In this document: positions 18,304-27,475 of the stretch, piece by piece
Layout: every line of letters begins with the position of its first letter
Position numbering within the stretch: position 1 is the stretch's first letter
Assembly (NCBI GenBank): GCA_964520545.1
Contig: CAZFOD010000001.1
Coordinates: 57,969 to 121,968 of the forward strand
Direction of reading: 5' to 3'
Length of the DNA: 64,000 nucleotides
Origin: an uncultured Candidatus Saccharibacteria bacterium
GTDB taxonomy: Bacteria; Patescibacteriota; Minisyncoccia; Phycocordibacterales; CAIZLB01
Notes under the pieces: model-generated
What the model was told of the DNA's origin: nothing
The model's input: only the letters and a program-made list of their open reading frames with translations
Database searches by the model: none
Program-made: the position numbers and the translations under genes

Positions 18304-19674
18304 ATGGAGTATGTGAAGAAGTTGGAAGCGGCGATCATTGTTGTAGTGGTGATCGTTTGCGTCTGCAGATTCTTCACAAAGGAACGAGATGATTATGTAC
18401 TTGCCCCGTTTGAGGGTATGAACATTGCAGTTGAAGGGGTGATTGTGGGTGAACCAGAATTGCGAACAAATGGAATGAGAGTGCTTCTTGATGTTGGCAA
18501 GGTTTCTCTTTTTAAGGAAAGAACAAAACAAACTTCTCACGTAATTGAGCGAGATAATCATTTTGTTCTCGCGACTATTCAGACATCAATTGATCTTAGT
18601 TATGGAGACTTAATTGAGATTGAAGGAAAGTTTGAAAGACCGGGGATAATTGTTGGAGATGATGGTCGAAGTTTCGACTACCCTCATTACTTAGGTAAGG
18701 ACGGAATTTATTTTCTTTTAAAGGGAAATAAAGTTACACGTATATCTCGCCATCAAGGAAGTCGGGTGAAGGAATATTTATTCAGTATTAAACAGGCATT
18801 CATTGATCGCATAAATGAATCGATGCCGGAGCCGTATTCACTTTTGGCTAGTGGCCTCGTTGTGGCTGGGAAGGGAGCATTAAGTGATGATCTTGAAGAG
18901 CAGTTTAAGCGAGTTGGATTGATTCACATTGTCGTACTTTCTGGATCGAACGTCACGATTATCGCTGAGGCTATAACAAGAGCTCTGTCGTTACTGCCAA
19001 AGTATATTGCAGCAGCAGGTGGAATATTCGGAATTATTGCTTTCACTATCATTGCAGGTACAAGCGCTACTGTTGTCCGTTCAGCGATCATGTCTATCGT
19101 CGCAGTTCTAGCCAACACTTTTGGGCGCTCGACAGATGCACTGCGCGCATTGGTGATTGCAGCATGCGGTATGACCATATTGAACCCTGACATTGTCCTT
19201 TACGATCCGTCTTTTCAATTGAGTTTCACTGGCACCTTGGGATTGATATTACTTGGAGACCAGACCTCTAGATGGTTCCATTGGATACCCAAGCGAGGCG
19301 GGTTACGGGAAATAGTTTCAGCATCTGTTGCAAGTCAGATTAGTATCACTCCGATGATATTACATATGTCGGGAATGTTTTCTTTCGTCTCACTCCTCGT
19401 TAATATCTTGGTCCTTCCTCTCCTCCCTCTGACAATGCTCATGGTGTTTGTCACTGGGTGCCTGCGTTTCATCAGTTCAGTTTTATCGGTACCAACTTTA
19501 GTTGTTTCATACGCCCTGCTTGGGTATGAGCTCAAAATAGTAGATTTCTTTTCTAGGTGGCAATATGCTGCAACTACGATTCCTGCATTGTCCTGGCTTG
19601 CTGTCTTTGGAATATACGTAATGTATATATTGATATATATGGCGTATCGCATCTACAAAAAATCTCGCCAGTAG
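18304..19674 (+). CDS. comEC: ComEC/Rec2 DNA internalisation channel, N-terminal part (DUF4131 plus competence domain)
   Basis: Polytopic membrane protein with the competence-domain signature (HIVVLSGSNV). It lacks the C-terminal MBL domain, which is encoded separately downstream. Confidence 0.7.
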   Translation: MEYVKKLEAAIIVVVVIVCVCRFFTKERDDYVLAPFEGMNIAVEGVIVGEPELRTNGMRVLLDVGKVSLFKERTKQTSHVIERDNHFVLATIQTSIDLSYGDLIEIEGKFERPGIIVGDDGRSFDYPHYLGKDGIYFLLKGNKVTRISRHQGSRVKEYLFSIKQAFIDRINESMPEPYSLLASGLVVAGKGALSDDLEEQFKRVGLIHIVVLSGSNVTIIAEAITRALSLLPKYIAAAGGIFGIIAFTIIAGTSATVVRSAIMSIVAVLANTFGRSTDALRALVIAACGMTILNPDIVLYDPSFQLSFTGTLGLILLGDQTSRWFHWIPKRGGLREIVSASVASQISITPMILHMSGMFSFVSLLVNILVLPLLPLTMLMVFVTGCLRFISSVLSVPTLVVSYALLGYELKIVDFFSRWQYAATTIPALSWLAVFGIYVMYILIYMAYRIYKKSRQ

Positions 19675-19730
19675 ATGACGAGATTTCTGTGAAACTCCAT
19701 ATATGGGGAGGTTCTTGTCTGGAGAGGGGG

Positions 19731-20324
19731 TTAAGCGATATATGATGCGAAACGTTCCTCAATCTTTTTCCCGTTGATGTTCTTGAAGAATGCGTCAACA
19801 TACTTTTTCTTTTCAGATGGAGCGTAGTCGAGCATGTATGAGTGCTCCCACATGTCGAGTGCGAGTACGACCCTGAGTCCAATGAGATGTCCTAAATGCT
19901 GTTCGTCTACCCACGCATTTAAAAGTCTTTTTGTTGTTGGGTCGTAGTACATGATTGCCCATCCAATACCCCGAGTCATTGCGATAGCCTTGAATCGTGT
20001 TAGTGCTACATCAAGGCTACCCCATTCACTTGCGATTGCTGTTGCGAGTGCGCTGTCAGAAGAAAGATCAGATGCGCCACCTTCAAATTGTTCGAAGTAA
20101 TATTCATGGTTTCTCATACCGTCGAATTCAAATCCAAAACGTCGCTGCAACTCACCGAGAACGTACGCGTTCTTTTCTGAGTCTACAGAATATTCAGCAA
20201 TTTTATCGATAATTAAATTTGAGTGTTTAACATACCCCGCATAGAGCTTTAAATGTTCCTCAATTGACTTTGCTCCGATGCCGTTGAGTGTTCCGATATC
20301 AAACTTTCTTTCTACAAATGACAT
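19731..20324 (-). CDS. sodA: Fe/Mn superoxide dismutase. Start trimmed to MSF
   Basis: DMWEHSYMLDY (D-x-W-E-H metal ligands), a NHEYYF-type His, and an N-terminal helix His. 197 aa. Confidence 0.7.
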   Translation of the reverse strand: MSFVERKFDIGTLNGIGAKSIEEHLKLYAGYVKHSNLIIDKIAEYSVDSEKNAYVLGELQRRFGFEFDGMRNHEYYFEQFEGGASDLSSDSALATAIASEWGSLDVALTRFKAIAMTRGIGWAIMYYDPTTKRLLNAWVDEQHLGHLIGLRVVLALDMWEHSYMLDYAPSEKKKYVDAFFKNINGKKIEERFASYIA

Positions 20325-21247
20325 ATATTTTTTCATTAGTGCAACGTGCCCAAGAGATCTTTAAGCAAACGCGCGAGTTAATAACGGGTCTAGTATATCA
20401 CGCGACGACACCCCTCGTCTGTGTCATATTGGCAGTAGTCTTATGTGCCGTTGATGTGTATATGTACACCAACGAGGTACATACAGATTTGCTTAAAGTT
20501 TCATTTCTTGATGTCGGACAAGGGGATGCAACATTAATTCAGATGCCAGGGAGACAGACGATATTAATTGATGGCGGACAATCTAACAGTCCAATACTTT
20601 CAAGACTCGGTGAAGAAATTCCATTCTATCGTCATCGCATCGATATTGTCATTGCGACTCATCCGGATGCTGATCATATCGGAGGTATTCCGAAAGTCAT
20701 TGAACGATATGACCCGCAACTTGTATTAGAGTCTGGTGTTCATGCAGATACATGGATAGACGAATCTCTACAAAAAAAGATTGTTGAAAGAAATATTCCA
20801 GCACTGCGTGCGAGAAAGGGTATAAAGATTTTGTCTGGCAACGCATCTCTCGAAATATTGTTTCCAGATAGAAATGTTGATTCGTGGATTAAAAAAACAA
20901 ATGATGCATCGATAGTGGCGCGACTAGAATATAGTTCAACGTCATTTATGTTTATGGGTGATTCCCCCGTTGGTGTTGAACATTTGCTCGCTTCCAAGAA
21001 AGCGCTCACGCATATTGATGTTCTTAAGGTAGGTCATCATGGTTCAAGGACTTCTACGTCGGACGAGTTTGTTAAAAAGATTTCCCCAAAGTTTGCAGTC
21101 ATCTCTGCTGGTAAGAAAAATAGATACGGGCATCCTCACGAAGAGGTCTTAAAAGTTCTTGAAAAAAATATGGTGGAGGTTTTTAGAACTGATATGCGTG
21201 GAACTGTTCAAATGCAAAGTGATGGTAAACGTTTGTATGTTGATTGA
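20318..21247 (+). CDS. ComEC C-terminal metallo-beta-lactamase domain protein (separate ORF, start uncertain)
   Basis: VSFLDVGQGDATLIQ...HPDADHIGG (HxHxDH-like MBL motifs). The track ORF start overlaps sodA head-to-head, so the true start is probably an internal ATG/TTG. Confidence 0.65.
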   Translation: MTYIFSLVQRAQEIFKQTRELITGLVYHATTPLVCVILAVVLCAVDVYMYTNEVHTDLLKVSFLDVGQGDATLIQMPGRQTILIDGGQSNSPILSRLGEEIPFYRHRIDIVIATHPDADHIGGIPKVIERYDPQLVLESGVHADTWIDESLQKKIVERNIPALRARKGIKILSGNASLEILFPDRNVDSWIKKTNDASIVARLEYSSTSFMFMGDSPVGVEHLLASKKALTHIDVLKVGHHGSRTSTSDEFVKKISPKFAVISAGKKNRYGHPHEEVLKVLEKNMVEVFRTDMRGTVQMQSDGKRLYVD

Positions 21248-21272
21248 CGGGTATATTGTTTCTCCGTATCAT
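21244..21272 (+). promoter_or_regulatory. Sigma70-like promoter TTGACG-17-TATCAT overlapping the comEC-C stop
   Basis: -35 TTGACG at 21244-21249, 17-nt spacer, -10 TATCAT at 21267-21272. Confidence 0.4.
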
Positions 21273-21283
21273 GCTCGAAAGAT

Positions 21284-21694
21284 ATGGTTAAAATCGAAAA
21301 AGCAGGTGGAATACGCATCATTCATTATTTCCTTCACCGGATACCGACGAATCGCATCCATCTTCACGCAGTATTCCGTTTTGGCGGCCGTCCGCCAGAC
21401 GCACATGGACTTCCAGTGCCAACCCCACCGGAAGTACTACAGTTCATCAAGATTGGTTTTGGGGAAGTAATCCTGTTTGGGGAAGATGAAGTGTCCCCAC
21501 AGGCCGTTATCAGTCTGATCTTAAAGTACGATGAAAGAGCGAAAGGACTTGATGTGTTCGTTGAACTCAAGCAAGTTCTTTGTCCCGATGACATCGCGGG
21601 AATGAATCCGACTCGACTCGACATCCGAATCGCCGCACATACCTCTCTGGTTGTGAAGCTGGAGCATCTGGTCGGTGCGACGGGTTGCCAGTAG
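21284..21694 (+). CDS. Hypothetical 136-aa ORF filling a GC-rich roughly 465-nt transcription unit (promoter to terminator). Alternatively a structured ncRNA
   Basis: GC-rich relative to flanks. ORFs are open on both strands. The unit is bounded by a promoter and a bidirectional terminator. No recognisable protein motif. Confidence 0.3.
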   Translation: MVKIEKAGGIRIIHYFLHRIPTNRIHLHAVFRFGGRPPDAHGLPVPTPPEVLQFIKIGFGEVILFGEDEVSPQAVISLILKYDERAKGLDVFVELKQVLCPDDIAGMNPTRLDIRIAAHTSLVVKLEHLVGATGCQ

Positions 21695-21706
21695 AATGAA
21701 CGTAAC

Positions 21707-21745
21707 GAAAAACGCCGCAGACCCTTGAGGTCCGCGGCGTTTAAC
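21707..21745. terminator. Bidirectional rho-independent terminator (cgccgcagacc/ggtccgcggcg) for rpmB (-) and the GC-rich unit (+)
   Basis: 11-bp stem with one mismatch, flanked by an A-run and a T-run. Confidence 0.7.
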
Positions 21746-21752
21746 CTTTTTA

Positions 21753-21995
21753 TTAGATCAAACCTGCTTTCTTGAGAGTGGCAAAAGCACCATTCTTCTG
21801 GATTGTCTTGATTGCCTTTGTAGAGATAGTAAGAACCATAGTCTTTTTCAACTCAGGGATATAGACCCTCTTCTTCTGGAGGTTTACATACTTCCGGGTC
21901 ATACCCGTTGGGTTAAACTTCTCGGCTCGAGTCTCGTTAGAATAGCCTCCTCCTCGAAGTGAACCTCTTTTTGTGATTGCGCATACTTTTGCCAT
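21753..21995 (-). CDS. rpmB: 50S ribosomal protein L28. Start trimmed to MAKVCAI; the track ORF is a 193-aa run-on
   Basis: MAKVCAITKRGSLRGG...RKYVNLQKKRVYIPELKKTMVLTISTKAIKTIQK matches L28. Confidence 0.8.
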   Translation of the reverse strand: MAKVCAITKRGSLRGGGYSNETRAEKFNPTGMTRKYVNLQKKRVYIPELKKTMVLTISTKAIKTIQKNGAFATLKKAGLI

Positions 21996-22038
21996 GTGTT
22001 CCAACATGCTATCATATTGTTTACGAAACGCAAATCCC

Positions 22039-22647
22039 ATGACCGCCCTCTTTTCCATCCTTATATTGGTAATATCTGTAGTCGTCCATGAGGTAGCCCA
22101 TGGCCTTGCTGCACTTTGGCAGGGAGACCCAACTGCAAAATATGCAAGAAGGTTAACCTTGAATCCTATAAAGCACATAGATCCAGTAGGATCTGTCATA
22201 GTTCCTCTCATTTGCGCCCTATTTCCAGGGGGAATCATGTTCGGCTGGGCAAAGCCCGTGCCTATAAATCCATATAACTTCAGGAATCCTCGAGCAGGGG
22301 AGGCTATTGTTTCGTTCGCGGGACCATTCTCCAATATCGTAATTGCCCTTATTTTCGGCCTTATATTACGCTTTTATGTAGATATGCTGCCTGCTCCTAC
22401 GATTACCATATTGGCTATTGTAGTACTCACTAATATTGTATTGGCCATCTTCAACCTCATGCCTGTACCCCCTTTGGATGGTTCGAAGATACTTTTCTCC
22501 ATACTTCCTGAAAGTATGGCTAATTTCAAGGCCACAATGGATCGATATGGAATGGTTTTGGCCATTTTCTTCATATTTTTCATCTGGCAGATCTTCACCC
22601 CTTTGATATTCAAGGCTTTTACTCTCGTAACAGGGTTGAGTATATAG
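22039..22647 (+). CDS. Site-2 protease family (peptidase M50) membrane metalloprotease. Start trimmed to MTALFSIL
   Basis: HEVAHG (HExxH) lies in a TM helix. Polytopic membrane protein. Confidence 0.7.
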   Translation: MTALFSILILVISVVVHEVAHGLAALWQGDPTAKYARRLTLNPIKHIDPVGSVIVPLICALFPGGIMFGWAKPVPINPYNFRNPRAGEAIVSFAGPFSNIVIALIFGLILRFYVDMLPAPTITILAIVVLTNIVLAIFNLMPVPPLDGSKILFSILPESMANFKATMDRYGMVLAIFFIFFIWQIFTPLIFKAFTLVTGLSI

Positions 22648-22721
22648 TTGCAATTACTACATATATATAGTAATCTAGCCCTACTGTATTTTTGTTTTCA
22701 AAAAGGCAGAAAAAATAAGAA

Positions 22722-23138
22722 ATGCCAACATTAAATCAACTCATTAAGAAGAATCGTTCAAAGACACGACGTAAGAGTAAAGCTATTGCTCTCACTCGTG
22801 GTTTTAACGTTCTCAAGAACCGCCCTATTTTCTACAACTCTCCATTCAAGCGAGGTGTTTGCTCTAAGGTAACTACAAAGACTCCAAAGAAGCCTAACTC
22901 AGCTATTCGAAAGATTGCCCGAGTTCGACTTACTAACGGTATGGAAGTTACCGCATACATCCCGGGTGAAGGTCACAATCTTCAGGAGCACTCAGTGGTA
23001 CTCCTTCGAGGTGGACGAGTAAAGGACGTAGGTATCCGATATACAATTGTTCGAGGAAAACTCGATACAGCTGGTGTTGAAAAGCGACGAAAGGAGCGAT
23101 CAGCATACGGTACAAAGCGACCAAAGGCAGCAAAGTAA
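22722..23138 (+). CDS. rpsL: 30S ribosomal protein S12
   Basis: [10 protein letters not shown]...PKKPNSA(I/L)[26 protein letters not shown] matches S12. Confidence 0.95.
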   Translation: MPTLNQLIKKNRSKTRRKSKAIALTRGFNVLKNRPIFYNSPFKRGVCSKVTTKTPKKPNSAIRKIARVRLTNGMEVTAYIPGEGHNLQEHSVVLLRGGRVKDVGIRYTIVRGKLDTAGVEKRRKERSAYGTKRPKAAK

Positions 23139-23227
23139 AAGAAACATATAGAGTAAGTATTTCGCAAAGCGGCGAGATGGCTGAATAAAATCTATAAATT
23201 ATTACAGAAAATTAAACAAATAAAGAA

Positions 23228-23698
23228 ATGCGACGAAAAGTAAAAAATCGAAATATTGTAACAGCAGAAGCAAAGTATAACTCTGAGGTTCTTGCTAAGT
23301 TCATCAACTATTGTATGTGGGATGGTAAGAAGGAAACAGCACGACGAGTAGTTTACGATGCTCTTGAAACTATCAAGGAAAAAGCTAAAACAGAAAATCC
23401 AATGGAGATTTTCGATACAGCAATGAAGAACGCTGGTCCAATGGTAGAGGTGCGATCACGACGAGTGGGAGGTGCTAACTACCAGGTTCCACGAGAAGTT
23501 CGACCAGAACGACGATCATATCTCGCTATGCGATGGATCATCGATGCAGCTCGAGCAAAGAAGGGAAAAGATATGCGTTTCAAGCTTGCTGACGAACTAA
23601 TTGCAGCTGCTAACAACGAAGGTGAAGCAATCAAGAAGCGTGATAACACGCATAAGATGGCAGAAGCCAACAAGGCATTCGCACACTTCGCTTGGTAA
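23228..23698 (+). CDS. rpsG: 30S ribosomal protein S7
   Basis: The S7 family signature and C-terminal ANKAFAHFAW-like end. Confidence 0.95.
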   Translation: MRRKVKNRNIVTAEAKYNSEVLAKFINYCMWDGKKETARRVVYDALETIKEKAKTENPMEIFDTAMKNAGPMVEVRSRRVGGANYQVPREVRPERRSYLAMRWIIDAARAKKGKDMRFKLADELIAAANNEGEAIKKRDNTHKMAEANKAFAHFAW

Positions 23699-23714
23699 TT
23701 TAGGGATAAGAAAA

Positions 23715-23745
23715 CAAAAGACCCGAAAGGGTCTTTTGTGTTTCG
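23715..23745 (+). terminator. Rho-independent terminator after rpsG (aaagaccc-gaaa-gggtcttt plus T-rich)
   Basis: 8-bp stem, GAAA loop, U-tract. Confidence 0.7.
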
Positions 23746-23795
23746 GGTAAAGTTCGCACTTAAAAAGTATCAGATTGTTATATAATCGTATCAAT

Positions 23796-24623
23796 ATGGA
23801 AAGTTTCAACATTCATGAATTATCGGGTCCGGTGAGAAATATTGTACGCCCACTTATTGCCCGGGGCTTAGAAGATTCTTTCCAGTCTCAGGGTATCGAT
23901 GGTTTTTATAAATTCACCAGAGAGTATCTTGAAACTGCTAATGCACGTCCAGAATTCGTGAAGGAGTCGGATCCTAAATTTTCAGAATGGAGAAGGAGAC
24001 TGAATACTGAAAGAGGAATAATGATATCTAATCATCCAGGAGTCTTGGATGCGCCGTTACTAGTACAGGCATTGCAGCGATCAGATTTGAAAATTGTAGT
24101 TAATGAGAAACTATATAACGAGACAAAGGGAATGGCTGTAAATAGTCTCTTTATATCAGCACTCAGCAATTCTGTAGCAGAAGTTAAGGGTGTCTTATCG
24201 GAAATGAACAAGCATATTAAAGACGGAGGTCTTCTTTGGATATTCCCAACCGGGATGGTAACAGATGGAGATATAGATGCCGAGTTTGCTTCCGGGTTGA
24301 GACATCTCATTTCAAATCTAGATGACGCTGATATGGTGTATGCATTTCATATAGATAGAGAGAGTCTCGGAACTGCGGGAAATACTTTAAAGATAAATAG
24401 TGGGGTGATTGCGGATTTTCTTGATTTGCCCTATCTTAACCCAAACTCCCATCGAGATATGACAATCGTTAAAATAGATGAATCTTGTACAAGTGCTGGT
24501 GAATGGAAGGAGGCAATGTCACAGGTAACGAAGTCTGATAAAAATAGAGCATTGACTGACCACTACTTAACCATGTTTGGAATAACGGAAGATGAGCTTG
24601 AAAGGCGTCAGAAGGATTCTTAG
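23796..24623 (+). CDS. Lysophospholipid acyltransferase (PlsC/LPLAT family) inserted between rpsG and fusA
   Basis: HX4D motif (NHPGVLD) and an FPTG box (motif III-like). Confidence 0.6.
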   Translation: MESFNIHELSGPVRNIVRPLIARGLEDSFQSQGIDGFYKFTREYLETANARPEFVKESDPKFSEWRRRLNTERGIMISNHPGVLDAPLLVQALQRSDLKIVVNEKLYNETKGMAVNSLFISALSNSVAEVKGVLSEMNKHIKDGGLLWIFPTGMVTDGDIDAEFASGLRHLISNLDDADMVYAFHIDRESLGTAGNTLKINSGVIADFLDLPYLNPNSHRDMTIVKIDESCTSAGEWKEAMSQVTKSDKNRALTDHYLTMFGITEDELERRQKDS

Positions 24624-24768
24624 AGGGCTTATGTTTTGTTGCCAACCCCTCGATTTAATGCTATTTTACTGCTACGACTTTTAGTCTCTCTTAGTTAGCT
24701 AAAACTGCCTTAAGTCGGTGCATTATTAACTGGTGGCGCAAGCCTCAAACTTATTCAATAAATTATTT

Positions 24769-26913
24769 ATGAATCGAGATTATCCATTAGAGAAAGTAAG
24801 AAACTTCGGTATCATCGCCCACATCGATGCGGGTAAGACAACTACGTCTGAGCGTATCCTTTACTACACCGGTATGTCACACAAGATCGGTGAAGTGCAC
24901 GAAGGAGAAGCGACCACCGACTGGATGGAACAGGAAAAGGAGCGAGGTATTACAATTACCGCCGCTGCTATTACTTGTTTCTGGAACCCAACTTACATGG
25001 GTAAGGATAAGTCACAAATGCACCGATTCAATATTATCGATACTCCTGGCCACGTGGATTTCACTGTGGAAGTTGAACGATCTCTTAAGGTACTCGACGG
25101 TGGAGTTGTTGTGTTCGACGGCGTTGCCGGCGTAGAACCACAGTCTGAAACAGTATGGCGACAGGCTGACAAGTACAACGTTCCTCGAGTTTGTTTCATT
25201 AACAAGCTTGATCGAACAGGTGCATCATTCGAACGATCATATGCATCTATTCTTAGCCGATTGAATAAGAACGCTGTACGAATGCAGCTTCCTATTGGTT
25301 TCGAAGGTGATTTCGAAGCTGTTGTAGATCTTCTTACCATGAAGGCATATCACTTTGAAGGTGATATGGGTAGCACAGTAGTTGAAAAGGAAATTCCTGC
25401 TGATATGGTTGCTGATGCAACAAAGTATCGAGCAGAGCTTGTTGAGAAGATTGTTGAATTTGAAGATTCAATGATGAACGCATACCTTGAAGGTAAGACA
25501 GACTTCACAATTCCTGAACTTAAAGCAGCTCTTCGAAAGGGAGTTATCGCTGGTAAAATCTTCCCAGTATTTACTGGTTCAGCTTTGAAGAACAAAGGAA
25601 CACAGCTCATTCTTGATGCTGTTGTCGACTATCTCCCATCTCCACTCGATGTTCCTCCAGTAAAAGGAATTGATCCTAATACAAACGAAGAAATTCTTCG
25701 ACATGCGTCTGATGAAGAACCGTTTGCTGCTCTTGCTTTCAAACTTCAGACAGATCCATTTGTAGGACAGCTTACCTTCTTCCGTGTGTACTCAGGTACT
25801 ATCGAAGCTGGTTCATATATTTACAATTCTACAACAGGAAACAAGGAACGACTTGGACGAATCGTACGACTTCAGGCTAACAAGCGAGAAGAAGTAAAGA
25901 AGGTGTACGCCGGTGAAATTGCAGCTGCCGTAGGTCTTAAGGAGGCGAAGACATCTCATACATTCTGCGATGAGAACAAGCCAATCATTCTTGATCCGAT
26001 TAAGTTTGCTGATCCTGTAGTGTCACTTCGAATCGAGCCAAAGACAAAAGCTGATCAGGAAAAGATGGGAAGCGCTTTGAAAAAGCTTGGCGATGAAGAT
26101 CCAACTTTCCGAATTTCTTCAAACCCTGAAACAGGAGAAACAATCATCTCAGGTATGGGTGAACTTCACCTTGAAATTATGGTTGATCGAATGAAGCGAG
26201 AGTTTGCTGTTGAAGCAAATGTCGGTAAGCCTCAAGTAGCATATCGAGAAACAATTCTCGGTGAAGCAGAGGAGGAGTATAAGTACATCAAGCAGTCTGG
26301 AGGTAAGGGTCAGTACGGACACGTACGACTTAAGCTTAAGAAGCTTGAACCATGGGAAGAAGGAAAGAAACTTCCAAAGAATGTTCATCGAGATGAAAAC
26401 TTTGAATTCATCGACTCAATTAAGGGAGGTGTTATTCCAATCGAATTTATCCCTGCTGTTGAAAAGGGTGTGAAGGAAGCAATGGAACGAGGTATTGTTG
26501 CAGGTTTCCCAATGGTAGGTATTTCATGTGAACTTCTCTTCGGTTCATACCACGATGTAGACTCATCTGAAATTGCATACAAGATTGCTGCTTCTCAAGC
26601 TTTCCAAGCTGGAGCAAAGCGAGCACGACCAGTTATTCTTGAACCGATCATGAAAGTAGAGTGTGTTATGCCTGAACAGTTCATGGGTGACGTAACAGGA
26701 TCTCTTTCATCAAAGCGAGGTCAGATTGAAGGTATGGAAGATCGAGGTTTGAACAAGGTTATTAAGGCAACTGTTCCTCTATCTGAAATGTTCGGATATA
26801 CAACTGACATCAGATCAATGACACAAGGTCGTGGATCAATGACAATGGAATTCGATCACTACGATGTAGTGCCGCCAAACGTTGAGAAGGTGATTGCTGA
26901 ATCAAGAAAGTAA
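24769..26913 (+). CDS. fusA: Elongation factor G. Start at [25 protein letters not shown]
   Basis: GTPase G1-G5 motifs and all EF-G domains. 715 aa. Confidence 0.95.
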   Translation: MNRDYPLEKVRNFGIIAHIDAGKTTTSERILYYTGMSHKIGEVHEGEATTDWMEQEKERGITITAAAITCFWNPTYMGKDKSQMHRFNIIDTPGHVDFTVEVERSLKVLDGGVVVFDGVAGVEPQSETVWRQADKYNVPRVCFINKLDRTGASFERSYASILSRLNKNAVRMQLPIGFEGDFEAVVDLLTMKAYHFEGDMGSTVVEKEIPADMVADATKYRAELVEKIVEFEDSMMNAYLEGKTDFTIPELKAALRKGVIAGKIFPVFTGSALKNKGTQLILDAVVDYLPSPLDVPPVKGIDPNTNEEILRHASDEEPFAALAFKLQTDPFVGQLTFFRVYSGTIEAGSYIYNSTTGNKERLGRIVRLQANKREEVKKVYAGEIAAAVGLKEAKTSHTFCDENKPIILDPIKFADPVVSLRIEPKTKADQEKMGSALKKLGDEDPTFRISSNPETGETIISGMGELHLEIMVDRMKREFAVEANVGKPQVAYRETILGEAEEEYKYIKQSGGKGQYGHVRLKLKKLEPWEEGKKLPKNVHRDENFEFIDSIKGGVIPIEFIPAVEKGVKEAMERGIVAGFPMVGISCELLFGSYHDVDSSEIAYKIAASQAFQAGAKRARPVILEPIMKVECVMPEQFMGDVTGSLSSKRGQIEGMEDRGLNKVIKATVPLSEMFGYTTDIRSMTQGRGSMTMEFDHYDVVPPNVEKVIAESRK

Positions 26914-26925
26914 GGTTACTAAACA

Positions 26926-26955
26926 AAAACTCCCGAGCAATCGGGGGTTTTTGTT
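26926..26955. terminator. Rho-independent terminator after fusA (ctcccga-gcaa-tcggggg plus T-run). The reverse complement also reads as a terminator
   Basis: Stem-loop followed by TTTTTGTTT. Confidence 0.7.
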
Positions 26956-26961
26956 TATATA

Positions 26962-26990
26962 TTGACCATTTTTATGCTTGAGAGTATTAT
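26962..26990 (+). promoter_or_regulatory. Near-consensus sigma70 promoter TTGACC-17-TATTAT driving the GC-rich RNA
   Basis: -35 TTGACC at 26962-26967, 17-nt spacer, -10 TATTAT at 26985-26990. Confidence 0.6.
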
Positions 26991-26997
26991 CAAAAAA

Positions 26998-27436
26998 CCG
27001 AGAGCTTGGAGTTGAATACATCCCATCCGAGAAGTCGAGGTAAGCACACATGAAAAGTTGGAGATTCTTAAGCGGCTTTGCAGCTGCTTTCATTGTTGGA
27101 ATCGCGGGATACGGCACCCCAAAGTTGCCAATTTCCCCGAACTCAGTCGTTCTGACTGTGGTCCCCGAGCAGCCGACGGTCCAGTTGGCAGTTCCTAGGG
27201 GAGTCCACCAACTCCTCTTTTCCACCAGTCAGATTCACCGCACTGCACGTCCTGAGTACGTCGTATGTGCAAAAGAAGCATGGTTACCCAAGGGCCCACG
27301 GCCCTTCCTCGCGGACTCGAGTGGCCCAAAGGGCCAGTTTCGGATCCACGAGGATCCTGGGAAAAGAAATCCTCGGCGGGATTTCATGAGACTGACGCCT
27401 CGCCCCTACACTGTGGGGGCGAGGCGTACTTTTTTA
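26998..27436 (+). ncRNA. Candidate structured ncRNA or long cis-regulatory leader (about 440 nt, GC-rich). Own promoter and strong intrinsic terminator at 27385-27436. Identity unknown
   Basis: Abrupt GC-rich block in an AT-rich genome. Several consecutive short GC hairpins (gggcc-CAC-ggccc, ggccc-AAA-gggcc, ggatcc-ACGA-ggatcc, gaaatcc-ucggcg-ggatttc). A 13-bp terminator stem plus T6. The in-frame reading with tyrA is Pro/Arg-rich, and the terminator lies inside it. Confidence 0.5.
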
Positions 27437-27475
27437 TCTCGGACAATTGTCTTACGTTTGTATATACTAAAGGTT

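Noticed and set aside
21380-21420. GGAAGUCCAUGUGCG on the minus strand resembling the type-B RNase P P4 5' strand
   Set aside because: No matching 3' P4 strand downstream. The RNA would have to run antisense through the well-supported comEC MBL-domain ORF.
26998-27436. RNase P RNA, SRP RNA, tmRNA or T-box assignment for the GC-rich RNA upstream of tyrA
   Set aside because: I could not find the P4 strands (GGAAAGUCC...ACAGAAnnnGGCUUA), the SRP domain IV motif (GGAAGCAGCC), or the T-box antiterminator sequence (AGGGUGGNACCGCG). tmRNA is unambiguously at 62677-63079. Left as unidentified.
27050-27475. 142-codon in-frame N-terminal extension of TyrA (ORF track 27050..28234)
   Set aside because: Pro/Arg-rich non-globular translation, and an abrupt GC shift relative to tyrA. 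It contains a strong intrinsic terminator and starts downstream of its own promoter. Several other frames are also open, as expected for GC-rich non-coding sequence.
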